Source: a virus
Lineage: Duplodnaviria; Caudoviricetes
Strand: one strand, 5' to 3'
Virus record (IMG/VR): IMGVR_UViG_3300005611_000013
Location: 1 to 64,000 of that record
DNA: 64,000 bases
The position numbers and the translations under genes are program-made. The notes under the pieces are model-generated. The model saw only the letters and a program-made list of their open reading frames with translations, searched no databases and was not told where the DNA came from. Shown piece after piece: positions 48,126-59,375 of the stretch (position 1 is the stretch's first letter; every line of letters begins with the position of its first letter).

Positions 48126-48903
48126 GGGTAGAATTTCCAAAGAAGAAGAACGCACAATTGCCCGTCTACTTGATAGTATGACGCCTGAAGACATAGCGGC
48201 AAAACTAGACCGCGATGTAGAGTCTGTTATTGACTTTATTAAACGTAAGTTCAGGGTGGGCGTTACAAACGAAGAAGCCGCCGCTTTCTCTTTAGAAGAT
48301 CGGCCCTATTGGCTAGAGCTTAAAAATCAATTCACAAATGAAGAACTTGAATTATTCAAATATCATTGGTCCCGCATTATCGCACAGTTCAAAGATGACG
48401 TTTTCCCAACGGAAGAACTTCAGGTTGTTGATGTTATAAAGCTTGAGCTATTAATGAATAGGTGCCTTAAAGCTAATAAGGATAATATTGAGCAAATAAA
48501 CATTTACGATAAATTGTTGAAAGAAGAGAGGGAAAATGATAGAGATCAACAGGATCAAGATACTATTATTAACTTAGAACGGCAAACGGCGAGCCTTCGT
48601 GCAGCACAAGAAAGTTTGAATAGGGATTACCGCGAACTTCAAGCTAAAAAGTCAAGCATGTTAAAAGAGATGAAGGGTACTAGAGAACAGCGAATAAAAA
48701 GACTTGAGGATAGTAAACAAAGTTTTACGTCTTGGGTTGCAAGTCTTATACAAGATCCAGAGAAAATGAAAAAGTACGGCATTGAAATGGAAAAAATGAG
48801 ACTTGCCATGAAAAAGGAAGAGGAAAGATTAGGGGCTTATCACAAATACGAAGATGGCATGATTGATCAGCCATTCTTAACACCAGACACGGTTAGAGAA
48901 TAA
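48112..48903 (+). CDS. HTH + long coiled-coil protein; terminase small-subunit candidate
   Basis: N-terminal MTPEDIAAKLDRDVESV HTH, coiled coil, position in the packaging operon. Confidence 0.4.
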   Translation: MVMRKGRISKEEERTIARLLDSMTPEDIAAKLDRDVESVIDFIKRKFRVGVTNEEAAAFSLEDRPYWLELKNQFTNEELELFKYHWSRIIAQFKDDVFPTEELQVVDVIKLELLMNRCLKANKDNIEQINIYDKLLKEERENDRDQQDQDTIINLERQTASLRAAQESLNRDYRELQAKKSSMLKEMKGTREQRIKRLEDSKQSFTSWVASLIQDPEKMKKYGIEMEKMRLAMKKEEERLGAYHKYEDGMIDQPFLTPDTVRE

Positions 48904-49568
48904 TGAATATCAAAGACATAGTGGGCAAAAAAATAGCTGTAGGTTTTTTTGGCATTTCCTACAGAGAGAACTATAATCATTGGATGGGGTGGTCAACAAA
49001 TATTGATTGGAATAAAACAAATTACAAGGATTCTCTTTTAAGATTACTGAAAGAGTCTGACAATGAGGTGCATCATTTTTTTTCTACATATCACAGCGAA
49101 AAAGAAAATGAATTATTGTCTGAACTAAAACCCAGAGATTACAAGTTTACAGATTTTGTCTGCAACAAGAATAATAAAGGCTGGATTATTGATAGACACA
49201 ATAGATTTAAAGAAACTATAAATCTCTTTACAGAGGATTATGACTACTATATAATGACTAGGTTTGATTTATCGTTTAATTACGAAAAATTACTTGAGTG
49301 CGAAATAAAAGATTCGGGTGTTAATGTAACAAGCAAGCATGGTATAGGCGAAGACACTGAATTAATATGTGATTACTTCTACGTGTTTAATGGTTGTGTG
49401 CTGAAAGATTTTCAACATTTCATAAACAATCTACCGAAGCTAGAAGACACAACGGATATTGGATATTACCACAAATTACATAGGTATGAAAATTCGCCAA
49501 AATTTAACTATATGATTGATGGGTCTTACTATTCTCATAATTGTCCCGTTTGGAAAATAATGAGATAA
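48903..49568 (+). CDS. Hypothetical protein, glycosyltransferase-associated type
   Basis: YDYYIMTRFDL motif; adjacent to gmd. Confidence 0.45.
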   Translation: MNIKDIVGKKIAVGFFGISYRENYNHWMGWSTNIDWNKTNYKDSLLRLLKESDNEVHHFFSTYHSEKENELLSELKPRDYKFTDFVCNKNNKGWIIDRHNRFKETINLFTEDYDYYIMTRFDLSFNYEKLLECEIKDSGVNVTSKHGIGEDTELICDYFYVFNGCVLKDFQHFINNLPKLEDTTDIGYYHKLHRYENSPKFNYMIDGSYYSHNCPVWKIMR

Positions 49569-49580
49569 GGAAAGGAAGAA

Positions 49581-50645
49581 ATGAAAAAAGCTATTATAAC
49601 AGGAATTACTGGTCAAGATGGAAGCCATTTAGCAGATTTATTGCTTGAAAAGGGATATAAAGTTCTGGGAGTTTCTAGGAGAACTAGTAGCGACAACTCA
49701 CAGAGAATCAAACATATATTAATGAATCCTAATTTCAAATTGGTTGAGGGGGATGTTACCGACATGTCTAGTCTTTTTTGCATTCTTAAAGATAACGCCG
49801 ATGTAGATGAAATCTATAATTTGGCGGCACAGTCACATGTCGGCACATCATTTAAACAACCTGGATTGACATGGGACATAACAGGAAAGGGATGTATTAA
49901 CCTGCTGCAAACTATTGTAGATTTAGAAATGTATAAGGTAAGATTCTATCAAGCTTCTTCAAGCGAGATGTTCGGCGCATCGTACAGCACCAAGATAGAT
50001 GGAAGAAAATATCAAGATGAAAATACTAAATTTCTACCACAGTCACCATACGCGATAGCAAAATGCGCCGCACATTACGCTGTTAGAATGTATAGAGAGG
50101 CTTATGGATTACATGCAAGTACGGGTATACTTTTTAACCACGAGGGTCCAAGGCGTGGGGATAATTTTGTAACCAAGAAAATAACTAAGTGGATAGGAAA
50201 GTTTATTAGATTTTTAAACCGTAATAATATAACAGACAGCCACTTATCAAAAACATGCAAAGACGGAGAATTACTTTTTGCTTCAGGTATTCAAGAAAGT
50301 TTCCCTAAACTAAGATTAGGCAACCTAGAAGCACATAGAGATTGGGGATATGCTGGAGACTATGTAGAAGCTATGTGGCTAATGCTACAGCAAGAAATTG
50401 GTGATGATTATGTTATATGTACTGGTAATACGCACACTATAAAGGATTTCTTGGATATCTCTTTTGGCTATGTGGGTATTGATGATTGGCGAGATCTAGT
50501 GTATATAGATCCAGAGTTCTATAGACCAGCAGAAGTTGATTATTTACTAGGTGACGCAACCAAGGCTAAAATAAAACTTGGATGGCGACCCAAGCATAAT
50601 TTACATAGTTTAGTTAAGATGATGATTGATTATGAGAAATTTTAA
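49581..50645 (+). CDS. gmd: GDP-mannose 4,6-dehydratase
   Basis: AIITGITGQDGS, YNLAAQSHV, FYQASSSEMFG, PQSPYAIAK, LFNHEGPRRG. Confidence 0.95.
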   Translation: MKKAIITGITGQDGSHLADLLLEKGYKVLGVSRRTSSDNSQRIKHILMNPNFKLVEGDVTDMSSLFCILKDNADVDEIYNLAAQSHVGTSFKQPGLTWDITGKGCINLLQTIVDLEMYKVRFYQASSSEMFGASYSTKIDGRKYQDENTKFLPQSPYAIAKCAAHYAVRMYREAYGLHASTGILFNHEGPRRGDNFVTKKITKWIGKFIRFLNRNNITDSHLSKTCKDGELLFASGIQESFPKLRLGNLEAHRDWGYAGDYVEAMWLMLQQEIGDDYVICTGNTHTIKDFLDISFGYVGIDDWRDLVYIDPEFYRPAEVDYLLGDATKAKIKLGWRPKHNLHSLVKMMIDYEKF

Positions 50646-50880
50646 AGTAACGCTAGATCTTTCGGATTGCTTTAAAAGGGTTTCAGAATATGATTTAAGA
50701 GAATTTGATTCGCCATTCTTAATTATTTTTATACAGGCTAGTGATCCAGACGAAGTATGTCATGAACTAGTTGAAAGAATAGTTAATCAGATATTAAAGA
50801 AGGATACGTCAATAGATGCTAGGATTTTATGTAGGGAAGTTCGTAAATTAGTAAGGTTTGATAAAATACAGGCATTATGA
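50626..50880 (+). CDS. Hypothetical protein
   Basis: ORF track. Confidence 0.5.
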   Translation: MIMRNFKVTLDLSDCFKRVSEYDLREFDSPFLIIFIQASDPDEVCHELVERIVNQILKKDTSIDARILCREVRKLVRFDKIQAL

Positions 50881-51131
50881 AAAGAAATTATAACGATCCC
50901 GCATATGAGCAATTTCGTAAAGATGTCTTAAAAAGAGACGGAAGAAAGTGCATGATGCCAAATTGCAACTGTAGAACATCCTTACAGGTTCATCACATTA
51001 AAAAGTGGGCTAGTGCTAGTTCTTTACGCTACCACCCATCAAACGGAATAACATTATGTAAGAAGTGTCATAATTCCATTCGTGGAAAAGAACATCATTA
51101 CGAATCTCTTTTTATAAACTTAATCAAATGA
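50877..51131 (+). CDS. Small HNH endonuclease (possibly packaging-associated)
   Basis: CMMPNC..LQVHHI...NGITLCKKCH. Confidence 0.85.
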   Translation: MKRNYNDPAYEQFRKDVLKRDGRKCMMPNCNCRTSLQVHHIKKWASASSLRYHPSNGITLCKKCHNSIRGKEHHYESLFINLIK

Positions 51132-51628
51132 AATATAAACAAGCTCCTCCATTCACAGTAATAAAAGACACCAGGGAACAAGATGGTTATCATTTCAGCG
51201 AATTCAATACGTGTGCTGGTATGGTTGACCAAAAACTTGACACTGGTGATTATTCAATATTGGGATTAGAAGATAAAATCTGCATAGAAAGAAAAGGCTG
51301 TGTTGAAGAATTAGCTATAAATCTTGGACAGAAGAAATATCAGTTTCTTGCGGAAATAGAAAGAATGGAGCCATTCCCTCACAAGTTTTTAATTCTAGAA
51401 TTCTCAGCGGAGGACTTAATAAAATTCCCAAAAGAAAGTAGGATACCCATCAAGAACAAAGCGTCTGTCAAAATAACAGGTAGGTATATGTTAAAGTGCT
51501 TAGTTGAATTTCAGCTATACAACAATGTTCAAGTACTTTTTTGTGGAGACAAGCACAACGCTTTTCTTGTTCTAAGTAGTATCTTTAAAAGGATAAACGA
51601 AATGTACACCATAGGGAGAAAAAAATAA
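51128..51628 (+). CDS. ERCC4-domain nuclease
   Basis: VIKDTREQ, LDTGDYS, ICIERK. Confidence 0.85.
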   Translation: MKYKQAPPFTVIKDTREQDGYHFSEFNTCAGMVDQKLDTGDYSILGLEDKICIERKGCVEELAINLGQKKYQFLAEIERMEPFPHKFLILEFSAEDLIKFPKESRIPIKNKASVKITGRYMLKCLVEFQLYNNVQVLFCGDKHNAFLVLSSIFKRINEMYTIGRKK

Positions 51629-52239
51629 TGTCAGATTTGCTAGACAATTTTCATTTACACGGTGCTAGTTTATTGACAAGGGAAATTTTTCTTCATAATC
51701 ATCACTCATACGATGAAAATCCGGGTGTTGAGTATAAGATGTCTACGATGTTCATTAAGAACCTCAGAGCATTAGACCAAGATTCTAGTAAAGAAATAAC
51801 CGTACACATGCAAAGCATTGGCGGCGAGTGGGGAGACGGAATGGCAATTTATGATGCTATCAAAATGTGTAGGTCTAAAATTACAATTATTTCTTATGGT
51901 CAAGCAGAATCAATGAGTAGTATAATACTACAAGCCGCCCATAAAAGACTATTGACAAGAAACTCATATGTAATGGTTCATTACGGAACTAGTGGTTATT
52001 CTAGTCAATACTTAAATGCTCAAAATTGGCACAACTACGAAAAATACCTTTGCGACATTATGATGGATATCTATGCATGTAAATGCGTTAGTGCTGAATT
52101 CTTCAAAAACAAAAATTATGATACTAGTAAAGTAAAAAAGTATTTGTACAGAAAATTAAAAGACGGCGATTGGTACATGAACCCCAAACAAGCTATTTAT
52201 CACGGCTTTGCAGATGGCATTATAGACAAATGGCAATAA
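51628..52239 (+). CDS. clpP: ClpP-like serine protease
   Basis: QSIGGEWGDGMAIYD, GQAESMS (Ser), VMVH (His), DWYMNPKQA..GFADGII. Confidence 0.85.
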   Translation: MSDLLDNFHLHGASLLTREIFLHNHHSYDENPGVEYKMSTMFIKNLRALDQDSSKEITVHMQSIGGEWGDGMAIYDAIKMCRSKITIISYGQAESMSSIILQAAHKRLLTRNSYVMVHYGTSGYSSQYLNAQNWHNYEKYLCDIMMDIYACKCVSAEFFKNKNYDTSKVKKYLYRKLKDGDWYMNPKQAIYHGFADGIIDKWQ

Positions 52240-54221
52240 AGAAATTTAAAAAAATTGAAGAAGCTTGGCTAGGACTAGATGAAATAGAGACTGATCTATT
52301 TAATCCAATGTCTTTAATAAGACCAAGCGATGATGATTTTCATTTAAGACTAGCATATCTTATGACTAGACCAGAATATCTATCTTTTGCCGCTAGTCAG
52401 ATACTGGGAATAAACTTACTTCCATCTCAAGCATTAATGCTTAATGAGATATGGAATCGTAAGTTTCCAATGCTTATTGCTAGTCGAGGATTTGGTAAGT
52501 CATTTATGCTATCCCTCTATGCGGTCCTCAGAGCCCTCATTTTGCCACGTAGAAAGATTGTGGTAGTAGGTGCTGCCTTTAGACAATCTAAGGTAATTTT
52601 TGAATACATGGAAGCTATATGGAGAAATTCACATCTATTAAGAGATATTTGTGATGGAGACAGTGGCCCTAGAACAACGCCAGACAGGTGCGTATTAAGA
52701 TTAAACGAAAGTACTATTACATGCCTGCCACTTGGCGATGGACAAAAAATTAGAGGTCAAAGAGCTAATGACATTCTTGCGGACGAGTTTGCGTCTATAC
52801 CTAGAGAAATTTTTGAAAACGTTGTTGCTGGTTTTGCCGCAGTTAGCGCAGACCCAGTTGAAAACGTAAAGCGTCTAGCCGCACAAAAGAAGGCTGAAGA
52901 ACTTGGTATTAAAATTGAAAGTGAATCTGAAACACAAGAAGACAAGAAAGACAATCAAATTATTTTATCGGGAACTGCGTATTATGACTTTAATCACTTC
53001 GCAACATATTGGAAGAAGTGGAAATCAATTATAAAGAGCAGGGGCGATAATCAAAAATTAAGAGAAGTATTCAATGGAGACGAACCGCCAGATAATTTTG
53101 ATTGGACTCAGTATTCAATTATAAGAATGCCATATGAGTTACTTCCAAAGGGCTTTATGGATTCAGACCAAGTGGCTAGATCAAAAGCGACCGTTCATTC
53201 TGGTATTTACCAAATGGAATACGGTGCTTGCTTTACAAGAGATTCGCAGGGCTTCTTTAAGCGCACACTAATAGAGTCATGCGTTGTTTCTGATCACAAT
53301 ACCATAAAAGACAGTCAAGGTAATGAAATAAGATTTGAGGCTTCGTTGATTGGGAATTCAGAGAAAAAGTACATATTCGGAGTTGACCCAGCTTCTGAAG
53401 TGGATAACTTTAGCATAATTGTATTAGAAGTTCATCCAGACCATAGGAGAATTGTTCATTGTTGGACTACAAATAGATCTCAACATAAAGAGCTTGTTAA
53501 AAAGGGCTATTCTTCAGAAACGGATTTTTATTCATATTGTGCCAGAAAAATTAGAGATCTCATGAAGCTTTATCCATGTGTTCATATTGCTATTGATGCT
53601 CAGGGTGGTGGGGTTGCCGTAACTGAATCTCTGCATGATAATGACAAAATTAAAAACGGCGAACTTCCAATATGGCCCGTTATAGACGACAACAAACCAA
53701 AAGACACAGATGGAGAAAGAGGTTTACACATAGTAGAAATGTGCCAATTCGCAAAGTATGATTGGCTTGCTGAAGCTAATCATGGTATGAGAAAAGATTT
53801 TGAGGACAAAGTTTTGATTTTTCCATATTTTGATTCAATTACAATTGGACTATCTAACTCTGATGATTCAATAAAAAGCAGAATGTTTGACACGCTAGAA
53901 GACTGTGTTATGGAAATAGAAGAACTTAAAGATGAATTGTCTATGATTCAGATGACTCAAACTACAAACGGTAGAGATAGGTGGGATACACCAGAAGTGG
54001 TAGTTGGAACAGGTAGAAAAAGTAAAATGCGTAAAGACCGTTATTCAGCACTACTAATGGCAAATATGGCCGCTAGGATAATACAAAGAACCCCAGAGCA
54101 AGCTGAATATAAATTTTACGGTGGATTTGCTAGCGGTGGTGAGTTTAGAAGTAAAGATGAAAATCCAAATTATTATTCTGGACCAAGCTGGTTCACGGAA
54201 CAAATGAAAGATGTGTATTAA
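52170..54221 (+). CDS. terL: Terminase large subunit (likely start MAIKKF at 52230)
   Basis: ASRGFGKS Walker A, RGQRANDILADEF Walker B, GVDPA nuclease, KDRYSAL. Confidence 0.9.
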   Translation: MVHEPQTSYLSRLCRWHYRQMAIKKFKKIEEAWLGLDEIETDLFNPMSLIRPSDDDFHLRLAYLMTRPEYLSFAASQILGINLLPSQALMLNEIWNRKFPMLIASRGFGKSFMLSLYAVLRALILPRRKIVVVGAAFRQSKVIFEYMEAIWRNSHLLRDICDGDSGPRTTPDRCVLRLNESTITCLPLGDGQKIRGQRANDILADEFASIPREIFENVVAGFAAVSADPVENVKRLAAQKKAEELGIKIESESETQEDKKDNQIILSGTAYYDFNHFATYWKKWKSIIKSRGDNQKLREVFNGDEPPDNFDWTQYSIIRMPYELLPKGFMDSDQVARSKATVHSGIYQMEYGACFTRDSQGFFKRTLIESCVVSDHNTIKDSQGNEIRFEASLIGNSEKKYIFGVDPASEVDNFSIIVLEVHPDHRRIVHCWTTNRSQHKELVKKGYSSETDFYSYCARKIRDLMKLYPCVHIAIDAQGGGVAVTESLHDNDKIKNGELPIWPVIDDNKPKDTDGERGLHIVEMCQFAKYDWLAEANHGMRKDFEDKVLIFPYFDSITIGLSNSDDSIKSRMFDTLEDCVMEIEELKDELSMIQMTQTTNGRDRWDTPEVVVGTGRKSKMRKDRYSALLMANMAARIIQRTPEQAEYKFYGGFASGGEFRSKDENPNYYSGPSWFTEQMKDVY

Positions 54222-54248
54222 TAATTAGTTAATCAGAATACAATTCAA

Positions 54249-56273
54249 TTGAGAGAAAGTAACATGAACGACAAAGAAATGATAACTTGGAACGATAATG
54301 ACTCCACCAGTAAAACAAATGCGTTTTCTGCATTTTCTGAAAATGTTGATTCTTATGCAGGGGTTTCCAAGACTCAGGGGAATACATATCGTCACTTTAT
54401 TGACATTGAGCCAAATCGTTCAGTTCGTCCAGGTTTTAATAAAAACGATTATTATGCGTTCAGGCCAAACGAAGCCGTCCCAAACCAACAACGACGTATA
54501 ATCAAAATGTGTATGGATGCATACGATAAAGTTGGAATTATTAGGAATATTATTGATTTAATGGGAGACTTTGGTAGTCAGGGAATTCAGATTGTTCATC
54601 AAAACAAGAGCGTTGAAAGATTTTACCAACAGTGGTTTAAGAGTATTAATGGTAAAGAAAGATCTGAAAGATTTCTCAATAATCTTTATAAGTGCGGAAA
54701 TGTTATAGTTTATCGCAGTTACGCTAATGTTACTCCACAGTTAAGTCAATACATGAAGGCTTTGTCAAATGATATAAAGGTTGAAGTGCCAAACCTGACA
54801 CAAAATCAAATTCCCTGGAGATATAATTTTTTTAACCCTTTAACGGTAAAGATGAAGGATGGAAACCTTTCACTGTTTATGGGTTTACAGAACTACACAA
54901 TTACTACGAATTCATTTTTTGACAAGTTTACAAGCGGTGATATTCCTAGTCACGTTATAGAAACTCTTCCGCCCGCTGTAAAGAGGGCGTTAAAGAATGG
55001 ACAAAAGGACATCCCACTTGAGCCAGAAAGGTTGGGTGTTTTCTACTACAAGAAAGATGATTGGCGACAATGGGCCAATCCCATGATTTATGCTATTCTA
55101 GACGACATTGTAATGCTTGAAAAAATGAGACTTGCAGACATGTCAGCTTTAGACGGTGCTATTTCAAATATTAGATTGTGGACACTTGGTGATCTAGAAC
55201 ACAAGATTCTGCCAAATAAGGCCGCTATCAATAAACTTCGTGATATTCTTGCTAGCAATGTCGGTGGAGGAACGATGGAACTTGTTTGGGGTCCAGAATT
55301 ATCATTCAAAGAATCAAGTAGTGAAGTTTACAAGTTCTTAGGTTCTGAAAAGTATACATCAGTCCTTAATAGTATTTACGCTGGACTTGGTGTTCCACCC
55401 ACTCTTACTGGTATGGCTACAAATGGCGGCGGTTTTACTAATAACTTTATATCGCTAAAAACTCTCGTTGAAAGATTGCAATACGGTCGTGATCAACTTA
55501 TTCGTTTCTGGGAAAAGGAAATTGAAATAGTAAGAAGGTCTATGGGTTTTAGATACAAGGCTCATATTCACTTTGATCAAATGACTCTATCAGATGAAGC
55601 CGCCGAAAAGAATCTTCTTATCCAACTCGCTGACCGAGATATTATCAGTCACGAAACTCTTATTGAAAGATTTAAAGAAATACCACAGATTGAAAAAATT
55701 AGACTTAAAAGAGAAGTTAAAGATAGGGATAACGACGCTTATCCAGATAAGGCTGGACCATTCCACAATGCCAATCATAAGAAGGATATTGAAAAAATAC
55801 AAAAACAGGGTGATATTAATATGAAGCTTAGGGACAAGCAGCAAAAACAACAAAACGATAATGGTCGCCCACCACTTAAACAGGATGAAGGCCCAAGAAA
55901 ACAGAGAGTTGAACAGCCAAGGTCAAAACCTGGAGTTGCTGAATTATTTTCATGGGCTAACAAATCGTGGTCAGAAGTTTCGCACATTGTTAATAAAGCA
56001 TTCGTGCAATCTACTGGCAAAAATAACCTAAGACAATTAACTAAGTCCGAATTCAAAGATCTGGAAACGCTAAAATTAGATGTATTTACTAACTTAGTAG
56101 TAATGGAAGAAGTTTCTAAAGACAAAGTTATCGCAATCTTAAAAGAGAATAAGAAAACCCCTAAAACCTTTTCCGACTACATTAAAGATTCTAATGTAAA
56201 TCTTGATAATTCAAGCATTGATGATTATCACAGAATGATTATCGGTCGTTATATAGAGCAAAAAATGTCTTAA
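54249..56273 (+). CDS. Portal protein (likely start 54264)
   Basis: Position after terL, size, IYAGLGVP..L portal-type motif. Confidence 0.78.
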   Translation: MRESNMNDKEMITWNDNDSTSKTNAFSAFSENVDSYAGVSKTQGNTYRHFIDIEPNRSVRPGFNKNDYYAFRPNEAVPNQQRRIIKMCMDAYDKVGIIRNIIDLMGDFGSQGIQIVHQNKSVERFYQQWFKSINGKERSERFLNNLYKCGNVIVYRSYANVTPQLSQYMKALSNDIKVEVPNLTQNQIPWRYNFFNPLTVKMKDGNLSLFMGLQNYTITTNSFFDKFTSGDIPSHVIETLPPAVKRALKNGQKDIPLEPERLGVFYYKKDDWRQWANPMIYAILDDIVMLEKMRLADMSALDGAISNIRLWTLGDLEHKILPNKAAINKLRDILASNVGGGTMELVWGPELSFKESSSEVYKFLGSEKYTSVLNSIYAGLGVPPTLTGMATNGGGFTNNFISLKTLVERLQYGRDQLIRFWEKEIEIVRRSMGFRYKAHIHFDQMTLSDEAAEKNLLIQLADRDIISHETLIERFKEIPQIEKIRLKREVKDRDNDAYPDKAGPFHNANHKKDIEKIQKQGDINMKLRDKQQKQQNDNGRPPLKQDEGPRKQRVEQPRSKPGVAELFSWANKSWSEVSHIVNKAFVQSTGKNNLRQLTKSEFKDLETLKLDVFTNLVVMEEVSKDKVIAILKENKKTPKTFSDYIKDSNVNLDNSSIDDYHRMIIGRYIEQKMS

Positions 56274-56279
56274 TAACAA

Positions 56280-57797
56280 TTGCGGATTTTTTTTGTGTAT
56301 AATGTCTTTGAAAGGGAAAATATGAAAGTTTTTAACAATGAAATAACAGACGGCGTTTCCGATCTTGTGCAGGCACAGTGTGCCGTTGCCTACTGCGCCC
56401 CTATCATTATTTCAAAACAACACCCTACAAATTCAGCTTTAGAAAATTTGTTAAATAAAATTAAGGCTGAAAATGCTAACCCAAAGCAAATTGATTTATA
56501 TTACCTTAAATCTGTTTTGGTTTCAACTGGTTGGAATAAAAATGATGACGTATTTTCACCAGAACAAACCTGGGCTGCTAGATCAACCCCAGAAGATAAA
56601 CAATTTAACTTCATGCATAATGAAAATGATATTATTGGGCATATCACTGGATCTTATGTTGTAGACAGAGATGGAAATCGTTTACTAGATTATTCAGAAA
56701 TGCCCAAAGATTTTGATATCATTACAGAAGCCGTGCTATACAATAGTTGGACAAACCCTGAAAATCGCCAACGCATGAATACAATCATTGCTGAAATTGA
56801 AGAAGGTAAATGGTTCGTTTCTATGGAATGTCTATTTTCTGGATTTGATTATTCAGTTTTGGATAGTAATGGGCAAGCCAAGGTGGTGGCTAGAACAGAA
56901 GAATCTTCTTTTTTAACTAAGCACTTGCGGGCTTATGGTGGTACAGGAGAGTACGAAGGCTATAAAATTGGTAGATCATTAAGGGACATCTCTTTTTCTG
57001 GGAAGGGTTTAGTTTCTAAGCCAGCTAATCCCAGAAGTGTTATCCTTGATGCTAGCAAAGCTTTCTCAACAAACGATTCTCAAGTTAATGAAAATGTTTC
57101 ACAAGGAGATATTAATATGTCTGATAACAATGTTTTAGAGAAGCAGCTTGCTGACGTTCGCGACGAGCTAGCATCTGCTAAAGAAGAAAACAAGGCCATT
57201 CGCGCCCAGATTGAAGCTGCTAAAGATAAAGAGTATGCTGATACAATTACCGATCTTAAAGGTATTGTGGCAGCTAAGTCTGAAGAACTTTCAGATCTTC
57301 AAAGCAAGCTTGAGGCAGTGGAAAGCACTGTTAAGAGTCTTGAAGAATCAATCGCTGCAAAGGATGCAGAGATGACAAAAAAAGAAGAAGAAATGAAAAA
57401 AATGAAGAAGATGCAGCGAGACAATATGCGTAAGGCTAGTCTTGTAGAAGCTGGTTTTGAGCCAGTTGAAGCAGAAGAATCACTAGCACTTTATGACGCT
57501 GTTGAGGATGAAGCTTTTGCTTCCATCGTAGCCATGTATAAAAAGAAGATGGCTAAAGAGCACAAGGATGAAAAAAAGATGGAAGAAAAGGGAAAGATGG
57601 ACAAAAAGTATGCAGAAGAAGATGCTACTGATTCAGTTGAAGATTCACAGGCTGAAGAAGAAGTGTCAGAAGAACTTTTTGATGGCGTTAAGTCAACCGA
57701 AGCAACTCTAGTAGATGCCTCTGATGACACAGATGAGCTAGAAGTTACAAGAGCTAGCGTAGCCCAGTGGCTAGAAAACAACGTACTTAGTAAGTGA
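56280..57797 (+). CDS. Prohead protease + scaffold fusion (likely start MKVFNN at 56322)
   Basis: FNFMH, VSMEC, FSGKGLVSKPANPRS; long acidic/Lys-rich coiled-coil C-terminal half. Confidence 0.72.
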   Translation: MRIFFVYNVFERENMKVFNNEITDGVSDLVQAQCAVAYCAPIIISKQHPTNSALENLLNKIKAENANPKQIDLYYLKSVLVSTGWNKNDDVFSPEQTWAARSTPEDKQFNFMHNENDIIGHITGSYVVDRDGNRLLDYSEMPKDFDIITEAVLYNSWTNPENRQRMNTIIAEIEEGKWFVSMECLFSGFDYSVLDSNGQAKVVARTEESSFLTKHLRAYGGTGEYEGYKIGRSLRDISFSGKGLVSKPANPRSVILDASKAFSTNDSQVNENVSQGDINMSDNNVLEKQLADVRDELASAKEENKAIRAQIEAAKDKEYADTITDLKGIVAAKSEELSDLQSKLEAVESTVKSLEESIAAKDAEMTKKEEEMKKMKKMQRDNMRKASLVEAGFEPVEAEESLALYDAVEDEAFASIVAMYKKKMAKEHKDEKKMEEKGKMDKKYAEEDATDSVEDSQAEEEVSEELFDGVKSTEATLVDASDDTDELEVTRASVAQWLENNVLSK

Positions 57798-57815
57798 TAA
57801 AAAGGAGATATAATT

Positions 57816-58283
57816 ATGGCTCTAAAATCAGATAGATTTGAATTTCAGACTGACATCAGCTTCTTTTACAACGAAGGCACTGCTACTCGCGGTGGTGTAG
57901 TTGTTCATGATACCGCTGGTTCAGGTGCAGCTATGGATCAGGGTGTTAACCTTGTTAAGTATGCTGCTGCAACATCAGCAACTGTACCAGTTGGTGTTCT
58001 TCTTAATGATGTTGTAAACAAAGATCTTACCCGTACACATCTTAACCAGCATAAGGATGAGGTGCAGAAGGGTGGCAAGGTTACAGTTCTCCGTAAGGGG
58101 TATGTTGTAACAAACAACATTACTGGCACACCAAGTGCTGGTGATGTAGCTTATGCTTGTCATGTAAACGCTGGCAATTTCCGTGGTGATTCACCAGGAA
58201 GCTCTGGCGTTTTAGCCGTAGGCCGATTCCTAACATCAAAAGATGAAGACGGCTATGCAAAAGTAGAAGTTAACCTCCCCTGA
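57816..58283 (+). CDS. Head decoration/cement protein
   Basis: 155 aa between scaffold and capsid. Confidence 0.6.
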   Translation: MALKSDRFEFQTDISFFYNEGTATRGGVVVHDTAGSGAAMDQGVNLVKYAAATSATVPVGVLLNDVVNKDLTRTHLNQHKDEVQKGGKVTVLRKGYVVTNNITGTPSAGDVAYACHVNAGNFRGDSPGSSGVLAVGRFLTSKDEDGYAKVEVNLP

Positions 58284-58312
58284 ACGAAAGAATAATTAAA
58301 GGAGAATTAAAC

Positions 58313-59320
58313 ATGCCATTAAATACTAGACCTAGTGATGAATTTATCGCTCTTCTACGCAAGTCAGGGGATGCCGATATCAATGTAGCTCAGGCCGCAC
58401 AGCGTGAGTTTGCAAAAGCTCTAGAACTACCTCTTCGTAAGGGCGTTCTAGTTGGCAACATTCTTGGTAACATTTTTGAAACCATCAATGTTGAGCCCGG
58501 TGCAACAACTGAATATCCTCTTGATCTTATTTCCCCCGGCCTTGAAGGTGAGCATGTTGCTTACACAAATCCCGGTCACGGTAGAGTTCCAGAGCGTTCA
58601 GTTGAAGGCGATTATGTCATGATTCCAACTTATAGTGTTGCATCATCTGTAGACTATCTTCTTCGCTATGCCCGCGAAGCAAGATGGGATATCGTTGGTC
58701 GCGCTATGCAAGTCATGGAAGCTGGCTTTACAAAGAAGATGAATGATGACGGCTGGCACACACTTCTAGCTGCTGGCGTTGATCGTAACATCCTCGTTTT
58801 TGACGGTGATGCTACTGCTGGCCTCTTTAGCAAGAGACTAGTTTCTCTCATGCAGACTGTAATGCGTCGTAATTCAGGTGGTAACAGTGCTTCAGTTGGC
58901 CGTGGTCGTCTAACAGACCTCTACGTTTCACCAGAAGCTCTTGAGGATATCCGCAATTGGGGTCTTGATCAAGTTGACGAAGTAACTCGTCGTGAGATCT
59001 ATACCGCCCCAGAAAACGGTGCTCCAATCACCCGTATCTTTGGCGTAAGTCTTCATGACCTTGATGAACTAGGCGAAGGCCAGGAATACCAGGACTTCTT
59101 TACCAACGAGCTTTCAGGTAGCGTACAGACCGCTGATCTTGAGCTTGTAGTTGGTCTTGATCAGTCCACAAATGACAGTTTCGTAATGCCAGTTAAGGAG
59201 CAGCTTCAGGTCTTTGAAGACCCAACTCTCCACCGTCAGCAACGTGCTGGCTACTATGGCTTTGCAGAGCTAGGATTTGGTGTTCTAGATAACAGAAGAG
59301 TCATTCTTGGCTCATTCTAA
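58313..59320 (+). CDS. Major capsid protein
   Basis: 335 aa after the decoration gene, strong RBS, biased codon use, terminator after. Confidence 0.8.
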   Translation: MPLNTRPSDEFIALLRKSGDADINVAQAAQREFAKALELPLRKGVLVGNILGNIFETINVEPGATTEYPLDLISPGLEGEHVAYTNPGHGRVPERSVEGDYVMIPTYSVASSVDYLLRYAREARWDIVGRAMQVMEAGFTKKMNDDGWHTLLAAGVDRNILVFDGDATAGLFSKRLVSLMQTVMRRNSGGNSASVGRGRLTDLYVSPEALEDIRNWGLDQVDEVTRREIYTAPENGAPITRIFGVSLHDLDELGEGQEYQDFFTNELSGSVQTADLELVVGLDQSTNDSFVMPVKEQLQVFEDPTLHRQQRAGYYGFAELGFGVLDNRRVILGSF

Positions 59321-59340
59321 TCTAGACGGTTAAACAGATT

Positions 59341-59375
59341 AAGCCGCTCTCATTTAGTTGGGGGCGGCTTTTTTT
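59341..59375 (+). terminator. Intrinsic terminator after the capsid gene
   Basis: AAGCCGC...GCGGCTT followed by a T-run. Confidence 0.85.
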